A model generated the notes under the pieces. It was not told the DNA's origin. It made no database searches and saw nothing but the letters and a program-made list of their open reading frames with translations. A stretch of 64,000 nt of DNA from an uncultured Acidobacteriota bacterium (GTDB lineage Bacteria; Acidobacteriota; Blastocatellia; RBC074): positions 64,001-128,000 of the forward strand of contig CAWCKY010000002.1 in the NCBI GenBank assembly GCA_963796275.1. Reading direction: 5' to 3'. The position numbers and the translations under genes were made by a program. This document shows, piece after piece, positions 53,120-62,325 of this stretch (positions are counted from its first letter, which is position 1; each line of letters begins with the position of its first letter).

Positions 53120-53292
53120 GTATCCCTTCCTTCCAACTGTCTCGTCGACGACGGGCGTCGAATATTTATGAGTGAGCGTCTATATTTGTGAGTTGCAAAA
53201 TCGGTCGGCATCGCGTCACAACCACTCCAGTAAAGCATCAAGTTCGATTGGCTTTTTAAAGCGCGCCGCCCTTACGCTCGCATCTCGAGTAA

Positions 53293-53309
53293 GGCAACGG
53301 ACGTACCAA
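53293..53309 (-). promoter_or_regulatory. Sigma54 -24/-12 promoter upstream of the AraC gene
   Basis: Reverse complement TTGGTACGTCCGTTGCC matches TGG(C/T)AC-N5-TTGC. Confidence 0.72.
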
Positions 53310-53368
53310 AAACGAAGGATTTGTATGTTGCTGAATCAAAGAGTAATCTGAAGATAATGAGGCGAATG

Positions 53369-53427
53369 TGTCGGAGTGTCGCCTGAGTCCGACATGTGTC
53401 GGGACGGAATTGTCATCCGCCCCGACA
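53369..53427. promoter_or_regulatory. Candidate enhancer (UAS) pair
   Basis: Two TGTC(G/A)...CGACA inverted motifs about 33 bp apart, 60-120 bp upstream of the sigma54 site. Confidence 0.55.
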
Positions 53428-53453
53428 GTGTTAGTTCACTTGAATCACATATA

Positions 53454-53516
53454 TATACACGGATGCTGCGAATAGATGCAGATTTTGTCCGCGAATATCC
53501 GCCGCATCCGTGTATA
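53454..53516. repeat. Long intergenic inverted repeat
   Basis: TATACACGGATGC ... GCATCCGTGTATA. Confidence 0.8.
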
Positions 53517-53545
53517 CACATGATTCATCATCATACCGAGTATAC

Positions 53546-55090
53546 TCAGAACGTATGTGGTCGTGGGCGAGTAATGCCAAGCTTAGACATTCTGGTGTGG
53601 AGAGTCGTGCGGTTCAAGCCGAGACGCGCCGCGGCGCCTGTCGGCCCCCCGATCACCCAGTTCGATTCGTACAACGCGTCGAGGATACGTTCACGCTCCA
53701 GAGATTCACGCGTCGATGCACTAGTCTGATCGGCTGCTGCTTTCGCCGCCATCGCCAACTGAGAGCGCGGGTTTTCGGTGGTATGACTACGAGCGAGCAT
53801 CACCGCCTGCTCGATCAGATTTTGCAGTTCCCGGATGAGAAGGCCCTCTCGTTCCCTGGTTTCATGCGTCGATCCGTAGGCCTGGTGGGCCGCTATTCTT
53901 GCCGACTCCTTCAACTCGGCGAACGGGATTTCAAGGACAGCGCCGCGCGTGAGAATGACGGCTCGCTCGATCAGATTTTGCAGTTCTCGGATGTTGCCCA
54001 GCCAGGAATAACTACACAGCAACGCCATCGCCTCTTCAGGAATCGTCTCTATTCGTTTATTCATGCGCTGCGCATACTTATCCACGTAATGCTGCGCCAA
54101 AAGCGGAATGTCCTCCGCGCGCTCCCGTAGTGGTGGGACCCGTATCGGGAAAACGTTTAGCCGAAAATAGAGATCCTCGCGAAATGCTTTCTCTCCCACC
54201 ATCTGCGCCAAGTCCCGATTCGTGGCTGCCACCAGACGTACATCGACGTGAATAGTTCGCGTGCTTCCCAATTGTTCAAATTCCTGCTCCTGCAACACAC
54301 GCAGCAGTTTAGGCTGGATATCCAACGGAATATCGCCTACTTCGTCGAGAAAGATCGTTCCACCATGCGCCAGACCGAAGCGCCCGATCTTCTGTGATAA
54401 CGCTCCGGTAAAAGCTCCCTTTTCATGACCGAACAGTTCACTTTCCAATAACCCCGAGGGAATCGCCGCGCAGTTGAGCTTGACGAATGGGCGATTGGAC
54501 CGGGAGCTCAGGTTGTGGATCGCTCGCGCAATGAGCTCCTTTCCCGTGCCGGTCTCTCCCAAAATCACCGCCGTCGAGTCCGTCGGCGCTACCAGCTCGA
54601 CCTGATGTAACACCGCTCTCAAAGCTGCGCTCGTCCCGACAATCTCTTCAAAGATATGCGGCGCAATGTTGTCCCGTTGCTGCCGCACTCTCTGATCCCA
54701 GGCGATCCCCTTTTGGATCGCCTCCAACAGATCCTCAACGTCAAACGGCTTCGTCAAAAACTCCAGTGCGCCTGCTTTGATCGCACGGACAGACATCGGA
54801 ATGCTGCCGTGACCTGTCAGAAAAATAATGGGGATCTGAACTCCCGCCTTGGCCAGCTCTTGTTGCAGTTCAAGCCCGCTGAGCCCGGGGAGTTGCACAT
54901 CCAACACCAAACAGCTCGGCACATCCATATTGTTTGGGCTTTGGCTGTTTGGCCGCGAGCTGGCCAAAAACTCCTGCGCCGACGCAAAAGTCTCCACCCT
55001 CAGTCCCGCTGATCGAAGCAGATTTTCCAGGGCTTCGCGCATCGACGCATCATCATCCACAACATATACGAGAGGGCTCAACTTTCTCAT
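53546..55090 (-). CDS. Sigma54-dependent response regulator (REC-AAA+-Fis)
   Basis: [45 protein letters not shown]. Confidence 0.93.
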   Translation of the reverse strand: MRKLSPLVYVVDDDASMREALENLLRSAGLRVETFASAQEFLASSRPNSQSPNNMDVPSCLVLDVQLPGLSGLELQQELAKAGVQIPIIFLTGHGSIPMSVRAIKAGALEFLTKPFDVEDLLEAIQKGIAWDQRVRQQRDNIAPHIFEEIVGTSAALRAVLHQVELVAPTDSTAVILGETGTGKELIARAIHNLSSRSNRPFVKLNCAAIPSGLLESELFGHEKGAFTGALSQKIGRFGLAHGGTIFLDEVGDIPLDIQPKLLRVLQEQEFEQLGSTRTIHVDVRLVAATNRDLAQMVGEKAFREDLYFRLNVFPIRVPPLRERAEDIPLLAQHYVDKYAQRMNKRIETIPEEAMALLCSYSWLGNIRELQNLIERAVILTRGAVLEIPFAELKESARIAAHQAYGSTHETREREGLLIRELQNLIEQAVMLARSHTTENPRSQLAMAAKAAADQTSASTRESLERERILDALYESNWVIGGPTGAAARLGLNRTTLHTRMSKLGITRPRPHTF

Positions 55091-55231
55091 TGAGATACTT
55101 CCTCTGCCTGCAAATAGGCACCGACGAATGGGAAAACACGCTATCCCCTCTTCGCTCATATCCGAATGCCGTATGGGTCTCTATGTGTCGGTCGACCCCA
55201 TTTCGCAATTCCTATTATCTTTCATTTCTCC

Positions 55232-55603
55232 TCATTGCTTGTCTAGAGCCGTGTGGATCGCATTGAGTAAAGCCTCCTCACTGAAGGGCTTGAGTAAGTA
55301 ATCCACCGCCCCGTATTTCAAAGCTTGCAAGCGCGCCATCTCATCTTCATGTGAGGTGATAAAGATCACTGGGATTCCACTCTTACTGGCCAACAGTTGA
55401 CGCTGAAGCTCGAGCCCATTCATCCCCGGCATACGCACATCGAGGATCAGGCAGTCAGTATCCCGGATATGATCCGAATTCAAAAACTCTTCGGCCAAAG
55501 CAAATACCTGCACCCCATACCCAAGAGACCTGATAAACCCCTGAAGGGATTCACGGACGGAATCATCATCGTCAACCACTGAAATTAAATGCTTATTGGC
55601 CAT
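55232..55603 (-). CDS. Single-domain response regulator
   Basis: VVDDD, LDVRMPG, YLLKPF. Confidence 0.9.
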   Translation of the reverse strand: MANKHLISVVDDDDSVRESLQGFIRSLGYGVQVFALAEEFLNSDHIRDTDCLILDVRMPGMNGLELQRQLLASKSGIPVIFITSHEDEMARLQALKYGAVDYLLKPFSEEALLNAIHTALDKQ

Positions 55604-55871
55604 CCATACCTTTCTATGATGCACTAGCGCAAGATAACAGCATCTCAGACAAAACATCTATTATACTTTGGTATAGGTGGCCCAAAAGGATTAGTTCCGC
55701 TAAGGTTCCGCAAGAAACTGAAACAAACAGTGATCCACACCGACGAAATTGGCAAAACACAGATGAAATAAGCAAAAAATGAAAAGATCGAGCAGGATTG
55801 ACTCAGGTAAGCTCTGCTTTTAGCAGAGGCACAACCGTATAAAAGAATTTAATTCAAGGAGAAGGTCACTT

Positions 55872-56408
55872 ATGAAACATCAAGGTTTGATGATAATGAT
55901 CGCGATAACCATTGCAGCTTCTCTGTTGGCTAACGGACGCTCACAGAAGAAGGATATCAAGGTGGATATGAAGAACGCGAAGGGAGAGAGTGTTGGCACC
56001 GCTACTTTGTCCGAAGCAGATACCGGGATCAAGATCAACCTTGATCTCGAAAATCTCCCGCCCGGTGTACACGCCATCCACATTCATCAGGCAGCCAAGT
56101 GTGAGCCGCCGGATTTCACCTCTGCCGGGCCACATTTCAACCCGGAGAATAAGCACCACGGCCTGGAAAACCCGAATGGGCCTCACGCGGGAGACATGAA
56201 GAATATCACAGTCGGTAGTGACGGAACTGCGCACACGACCGTAGCCGACTCGATGGTCAATCTTGGAATGGATAGTCATTCGGTTTTCACTAATGGAGGA
56301 ACGTCACTCGTCATACACGCGGACGCGGATGATATGAAAACAGATCCGGCCGGGAATTCAGGCGCCCGCATCGCCTGCGGCCTGATTACAAAGAGCAGCT
56401 CACGATGA
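55872..56408 (+). CDS. sodC: Periplasmic Cu/Zn superoxide dismutase
   Basis: Signal peptide, [27 protein letters not shown]. Confidence 0.93.
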   Translation: MKHQGLMIMIAITIAASLLANGRSQKKDIKVDMKNAKGESVGTATLSEADTGIKINLDLENLPPGVHAIHIHQAAKCEPPDFTSAGPHFNPENKHHGLENPNGPHAGDMKNITVGSDGTAHTTVADSMVNLGMDSHSVFTNGGTSLVIHADADDMKTDPAGNSGARIACGLITKSSSR

Positions 56409-56412
56409 ATGG

Positions 56413-57069
56413 TTAACAGTCTGTATCGGAAATGTTCGATCCTGTTGTAAGCCTCCTGTTGACGGCCGCGATCAGATCACCGATGGTCGAGACACAAATT
56501 TCATCGCCCAACAAAGTGTTAAGCATCGCGTGATAAAGTGGGCGCGTCGGCCAATCTTTGCCGAAGTAGCGTTTGACGAAGGCAGCGCGCTCGCTGTCGA
56601 CCGTGTCCAAAAGTTGAATCGCTTCTGCTTGATCTTTCACGCGTGCAGTCAGCCGCCGAACCTTTTCAGACCTCGGAGCATATAGAAAGACGCTGAAAGT
56701 GTCCGGCCGGCATCGCAGGAACCACGGCGCGCCACGGCCGACGATCACACAGTTCCCTTCTTCCGCAGCCTTCTCGATCACCTCTTGAACCAGAAGGACC
56801 ATTCGGTCCGCATCGAAGGCTTTATCTTCGGCAAAGTGCAGGGCCTTTTCGGAGGTGCCGCGCCAAAAGACTCTTCCCAACCGATAAAGGAGCGGATCGA
56901 GCCGTTCGTCACATCGCTGAACATCTGACGCCTCAACTCGCGCAAGCCTGGCAATCTCTGAGGTGAGTTGTCGGTCAAACAATTTCCAGCCGAGACGATC
57001 GGCAAGCATTTCGGCAATTACGCCGCCTCCACAACCGTATTCACGTTCTATAGCTATGATCTTAATCAC
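56413..57069 (-). CDS. Cytidylate kinase-like family protein
   Basis: IAIEREYGCGG, CVIVGRGA, D..R..F...YF; GTG start inferred. Confidence 0.85.
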   Translation of the reverse strand: MIKIIAIEREYGCGGGVIAEMLADRLGWKLFDRQLTSEIARLARVEASDVQRCDERLDPLLYRLGRVFWRGTSEKALHFAEDKAFDADRMVLLVQEVIEKAAEEGNCVIVGRGAPWFLRCRPDTFSVFLYAPRSEKVRRLTARVKDQAEAIQLLDTVDSERAAFVKRYFGKDWPTRPLYHAMLNTLLGDEICVSTIGDLIAAVNRRLTTGSNISDTDC

Positions 57070-57089
57070 GGCAGACCTCTTCTGAAAAT

Positions 57090-57160
57090 AGATAGGATTT
57101 ACGAGTTTTTCAGGATTTATGGGATCGAAGTAAATTCTGAAAAAGCCGGTAAACCTGTCT
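57090..57160. repeat. Intergenic imperfect hairpin of AGGATTTA-type units
   Basis: gataggatttac...tttttcaggatttat / gtaaattctgaaaaa...gtaaacctgtc. Confidence 0.7.
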
Positions 57161-57167
57161 AAATTTT

Positions 57168-58769
57168 TCAGTGAACAGCTACCCCGCCTGTCGATCTCAC
57201 TTTCTTGAACAGGACGGCTAAGAGGGCGGATATCACGCAAATCAGCGCGAACAAACGAAAGTTGTCTACGTAAGACCAAAGCGACGCCTGCCTGAGCAGC
57301 GTATTGTAGAGCACACCATAAGCGCGCTGGTCAGATCCGACCTCCTGTCCGAGCGATTGCAACTGTTGCTGAAAGACCGGATCGAAGGGCGTCATATGCG
57401 ACCGCATCAGCGCCTGATGAGTCTGCGCACCGCGATCCAGGAGCGTAGTGACCAGCGAGATGCCGATGCTCCCTCCGAGATTCCGCATGAGGTTGTAGAT
57501 TCCGGTGGCATTGCCGATTTGATCATTGCTCAGCTTGCCCATTGTCACAGTCGTCAGGGGAACGAAGATCAAACCAAACGACACACCAATCAATATGTTC
57601 GGCCAGAGAATGAAACCCTGCGAAACGTCCAGAGTCACGCCGCTCAAGACAAAGCTGGCGTAAGCGAAAAGTAAGAACCCGGCCGCGATCAACAGCCTGT
57701 TGTCCATCCGGCTGACCAGAATGCCGACAATGGGCATAGTGAGCAGCGCCCCAATCCCCCGTGGGCTGACGGTCAATCCGCTCTGAAGCGCCGGGTATCC
57801 CATGAGCGTTTGCAAAAAGAGCGGCAGCATTACGATCGACCCGTACAATGTAATACCGACGATCAAGATCAGCCCCGAACCGACGGCAAAATTGCGATTC
57901 TTGAAAACGCGGAGGTCGACGATCGGCTCTTTCGCGGTCAGTTGGCGGATGATGAAGGCGATAAAAGCGATAGTTGAAATTACGGCGAACCAGCGAATCC
58001 ACATAGCGCCGAACCAATCATCCTCCTGCCCTTTGTCGAGAATGATCTGGAGCGTCGCTATCCAGAGGGCCAGTAACCCGAATCCGATTATGTCGATACG
58101 ACCGGCCTTCGCCTGTTTGATATAGGGCGGATCTTCGACAAAGGTCTGCAGCATAAAAATGGCAAGTATGCCGATCGGGATGTTGATGTAAAAGACCCAT
58201 CGCCACGAGTAATTGTCGGTGATCCACCCGCCAAGTGTCGGTCCGATGATCGGAGCGACAACTACGCCTAATCCGAAGATCGCCATGGCGATGCCTCTTT
58301 TTTGGGGCGGAAAACTTTCGAGCAGAATCGCCTGCGAGAACGGCTGCAACGCACCGCCGCCGATTCCCTGCAATACGCGTGTGATAATCAGAAACTCCAG
58401 GCTTGTCGCCGCGCCGCAGAGAAATGACGAGACGGTGAAGAGTATGATGCAGGCGATCAGGAATCGCTTGCGACCGAAGAATTTCCCCAGCCACCCGCTG
58501 GCCGGCAGCACAATGGCGTTTGAAACCAGATAGCTCGTCAATACCCACGTCGCCTCGCTGTTGCTCGCTGCGAGACTGCCGGCGATGTAGGGCACGGAGA
58601 CATTGACAATCGTCGTATCGAGCACCTCCATGAAAGTCGCCAGCATGACTGATATGGTGATCAACCATACACTCGCCTTCGGGCGCCACTCAGTCGCGGA
58701 TTGGGAATTATCAGCTATCGATTGGTGATCGTTGCCCTCCGTTTGATGATCTGTGTCTTCATGCTTCAT
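57168..58769 (-). CDS. emrB: DHA2-family MFS efflux permease (EmrB-like)
   Basis: FMEVLDTTIVNV, WVLTSYL, GPTLGGWITD..SWRWVFYINIP. Confidence 0.93.
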   Translation of the reverse strand: MKHEDTDHQTEGNDHQSIADNSQSATEWRPKASVWLITISVMLATFMEVLDTTIVNVSVPYIAGSLAASNSEATWVLTSYLVSNAIVLPASGWLGKFFGRKRFLIACIILFTVSSFLCGAATSLEFLIITRVLQGIGGGALQPFSQAILLESFPPQKRGIAMAIFGLGVVVAPIIGPTLGGWITDNYSWRWVFYINIPIGILAIFMLQTFVEDPPYIKQAKAGRIDIIGFGLLALWIATLQIILDKGQEDDWFGAMWIRWFAVISTIAFIAFIIRQLTAKEPIVDLRVFKNRNFAVGSGLILIVGITLYGSIVMLPLFLQTLMGYPALQSGLTVSPRGIGALLTMPIVGILVSRMDNRLLIAAGFLLFAYASFVLSGVTLDVSQGFILWPNILIGVSFGLIFVPLTTVTMGKLSNDQIGNATGIYNLMRNLGGSIGISLVTTLLDRGAQTHQALMRSHMTPFDPVFQQQLQSLGQEVGSDQRAYGVLYNTLLRQASLWSYVDNFRLFALICVISALLAVLFKKVRSTGGVAVH

Positions 58770-58800
58770 TCAGCTCACCTTCGCAATCCGCAATCAGCAA

Positions 58801-60223
58801 TCACTTGACCTTCACCTCCGGCTCAACCGACATTCCCGGACCAAGCGCGTATCTCGCATCTGGAGGATCGTCAAAGATGATCTTGACCGGCACACGCTGG
58901 ACGACTTTGATGTAGTTGCCCGTCGCGTTCTCCGGCGGCAGCAGGCTGAAGACCGCACCGCTGCCTCGCTGAATGCTGTCGACGCGAGCTCTGAACAATT
59001 GGCCCGGATAGGCGTCGACGGTGACATTCACCGGCTGTCCCGGTTTCATATAAGTCAATTGGGTCTCTTTGAAGTTGGCCGTCACCCACAAATTGTCGGG
59101 CACTATCGAAAAGAGGGCGTCACCCGCTTGAAGATATTCGCCAAACTCGACTGTTCGTTTGGTAATGCGCCCCGGCTCTGGCGCATAGATTTTCGTATAA
59201 GACAGATCGAGCTCGGCTTGCCGAACCGCCGCCTTCGCCTGCTCGACATCCGCGCTTGCAACATCAACCTGAGATTTACTGGCGGCTAATCGATGCGGGC
59301 GAGAGTTGGCGTCTGCCAGTTGGCCTCGCGCTTCACCGACCTTCGCCTGCGATTCGTTCACCTCTGATTCGGCCTGGCGGAGACTTTCGGCGGCCGACTG
59401 CTCCCCGGCTTGTGCGTCAGCCACCTGCGACCTGGCCGCGGCAACCCGCTTGCGTGCGGCCTCTAGTTGAGCATTCGCGGCTCGCGCCGTCGCCACAACG
59501 CTATCGAGTTGTTGGCGTGATACTTCATCCTTTTGATAGAGCAGTTGATAACGTGGGACATCGGTGTTTGTCCTGATCGCCTCAGCTTCCGCCGCAGCAA
59601 CCTGCGCGAGCGCCTGTTCGGCATTGGCCTCTGCCGTCTTGACCTGCATCTGAGATTGAACGAGCCGGGCACGGGCCGCCTCCATCTGCGCCTTTGTCGT
59701 CTGCACGTTCGACCTCGCCTGATCGACACCTGCCGATGCCTGGATCACGGAGGCTCCTGAAGTCACGTCGGTCAAATCGACGTTGATCCGCGCGGCTCCG
59801 TGTCGCGCAATGGCCGATTGCAGATTGGCGCGCGCTTGCGCCAGCCGTATCTCGTAATCGCGAGGATCAATCTCGAGCAGTAGATCGCCGGCATTAACGT
59901 GCTGGTTGTCGGTAATCAGAAGCTTGACCACATAACCCGACACCTTCGGGCTGATCTGAATGATGTGACCGTCAATAAAAGCGTCATCGGTCGATTCGTG
60001 CGAGATGGCGTGGAGGTAGTAATGCACGCCGAAGATAAGCCCGATGATCAGTAAGAGACCGGCGAGATAGATAAACAGCGGTCGTTTGTAGAGAGGTTTT
60101 CTTCTTCTTGGCTTCGTGCAAATCCTCCTCGGAGACCGCAATCGATTGCTTGCTAGTTTGATCGACCTTGCCCGTATTCTCCTGATTGCTCGTATCCTCT
60201 TCGTTCACTGAATCATTTTCCAT
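58801..60223 (-). CDS. emrA: HlyD-family adaptor (EmrA-like), apparent frameshift near 60120
   Basis: STDDAFI, ANFKETQL, LLPPENATGNY.KVVQR. The RBS-preceded ATG at 60223 is out of frame with the body. Confidence 0.88.
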
Positions 60224-60268
60224 AGTCTCGTCTTCAAAAGCTCGCATACAGATTTGCCTCTTCGCGTT

Positions 60269-61678
60269 TCAGAAGCGAAAAGACTGGGCGCGGCCCAATG
60301 CGGCAGCCAGATTGACCCGTGCGGTGTTATAGACAGCGACCGCAGCGACGCGCCCGTTTCGCCCGTTCTCAAGAGATGTCTGTGCCTGGACGACCTCGAT
60401 GTTGTCGGCAACGCCGGCCAAAAAGCGATCACGCGCCATGCGCAATTCGCGTTCAGCCAGATTGAGCGTCACTTCTGCAGCGCGCACCTGCTCAACTGCC
60501 GATGCCAGGGTGACGAGCGCGAGACGCACGTCCTCTTCGACCTGCCACTCCATGTCGCGCAATTGCAGCTCGGCTTGACACTCCTGGCTCCTGGCCACCT
60601 CGATACGCCCACGCGTATAGCCGCCATTGAAGATAGGAATCTTGACTTGCAATGCCACGCTGCGAGTAGGGAGATTGAACTGAGATGGTGTAACGCCACT
60701 TGATCCGTAATCGGCGATGAAGCCCAGCGACGGATACTGCTCGGCCACTGCCGCTTTACCTTCCAGTCTGCGCTGCTTGAGCATTTGCGCGGCGATCTGC
60801 AATTCGTAGCGATTCTGCTTGGCGTAGGCTATGGCCACCTCAACGGTCGGCGCGTATCCGTCGGCAGATCGCATCGTGTCGCTCAAAACAAGCTTTCCTC
60901 CCAGCGGGAGGCCGGTCACCCGTTGCAAACGCAACCGCGCCTGTTCCGAACCAGTCTCAGCCTGTACGAGCGCAAGCTTATTCTGCGCCACGCTGGTAGC
61001 GGCGCGCGCGACATCAATACCTGTGGCAACTCCCGCGTCGCGTTGATCTCCGGCCTGCTTCAGTAGATCCTGTGCCAGACGTAGATTGGCTTGTGCCGCC
61101 TGTAATGCCTCGCCGCTGCGTAAGGACTCGACATAAGCGAGAATCGCTGCTGTGGCGACCTGCTCGCGCGACAGATTCTCCTGAAGCCCGGCAATCCCCT
61201 CCGCGACCTGAGCGCTTTGAAACGCGCGCAGACTGCTGAGGTCGAAGAGCGTCTGCGACAGTCTGAGGCGCGCATCGAATGTCTTGTAAGGTCCGAGAAA
61301 AGCCGGGATAGTAGGAATCTGGAGGCCCTCAGCGAAAAGGTTCTCAGTGTTGTTAGATTGAGATACCGCGGATACCAGATTCGGCAACAACGACGAGAGA
61401 CTCTCTCGCTTCGACCCATGCGCCTCGCGCCGGCGCTCACGTGCGAGCGATGTGGTAAGGTTATTCTCGATGGCAATCTGGATCGCCTTCTCCAGACTGA
61501 GGTCGATCGCGGCTGTATTCGAAATTGCCCCGTTGCTTCCCTGCTGAGCAGCTACAATCGGCTCTAGCGACAAAAGACAGGTGACTACCATCGATATGAG
61601 TTGCAGAATCCATTCCTTCAGCTTGGCAACACTTATATCTCTCGCAATCCATACCATAGAATTCATCTCATTCAGCAA
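60269..61678 (-). CDS. TolC-family outer membrane protein
   Basis: LSLEKAI..A..NN, IPIFNGG, A..RF.AGV....EV..AQ. Confidence 0.9.
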   Translation of the reverse strand: MLNEMNSMVWIARDISVAKLKEWILQLISMVVTCLLSLEPIVAAQQGSNGAISNTAAIDLSLEKAIQIAIENNLTTSLARERRREAHGSKRESLSSLLPNLVSAVSQSNNTENLFAEGLQIPTIPAFLGPYKTFDARLRLSQTLFDLSSLRAFQSAQVAEGIAGLQENLSREQVATAAILAYVESLRSGEALQAAQANLRLAQDLLKQAGDQRDAGVATGIDVARAATSVAQNKLALVQAETGSEQARLRLQRVTGLPLGGKLVLSDTMRSADGYAPTVEVAIAYAKQNRYELQIAAQMLKQRRLEGKAAVAEQYPSLGFIADYGSSGVTPSQFNLPTRSVALQVKIPIFNGGYTRGRIEVARSQECQAELQLRDMEWQVEEDVRLALVTLASAVEQVRAAEVTLNLAERELRMARDRFLAGVADNIEVVQAQTSLENGRNGRVAAVAVYNTARVNLAAALGRAQSFRF

Positions 61679-61739
61679 CCACGCTACACAATTATCCTTA
61701 GATGACCAGAAATCTATCCTACCTGGCTGCTGACGCGAG

Positions 61740-62274
61740 GTCTTGCGCGATTTTGCGGGAAGTGTCTATCTTTTGCGGCAGTTCTCTTCCGCTTAAGTGG
61801 TAGATTACAAATATGCTTGAGTTGCAGAACCTCAAAGAGCAAACTATCATTCTAGCGATCTTTGTCGAAGGACTGAACGTCGTCGGGATGCTCAAGAATG
61901 GCAACTTGGCCAAGCATATAGCGGATGCGGCGTTCGCCGAGATATTCCGGGAGCTTGAATACAAGGCGCGCTGGTATGGGAGAAGCTACATTGAACTGGA
62001 TCGGTTCTTCCCATCGTCCAAGTTATGTTCTAGCTGTGGCCATCTGCTGAAAGACCTAGCTCTGTCGATTCGAGAGTGGGATTGCCCGCAGTGCGGGGTG
62101 CATCACGACCGGGACGAAAACGCCGCGATCAATATATTGCGAGCGGGGCAATACCTGCGAAAACTACCGGGTGGGATGCCCGGAAAGTAACGCCTACGAG
62201 AGATGAGCGACGGCGCTCAGCGTAGGAATCCCCCACTATACCGCGCTTTAGCGGTTGGTGGAGGAGAAAGTCAA
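61740..62274 (+). mobile_element. tnpB: IS200/IS605-family tnpB relic (C-terminal RuvC/Zn ribbon plus right end)
   Basis: VEGLNV, PSSKLCSSCG, WDCPQCG..HDRDENAAINI; downstream hairpins ending in GTCAA at 62274. The left boundary is uncertain. Confidence 0.85.
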
Positions 62275-62325
62275 GCTGTGCTGCTCATAATGCCAATGCA
62301 ATGGAATTCGGCATAAAGTCCTGGG

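Noticed and set aside
61813-62190. Active Cas12/TnpB nuclease
   Set aside because: Only about 110 C-terminal residues remain; RuvC-I and the recognition lobe are absent.
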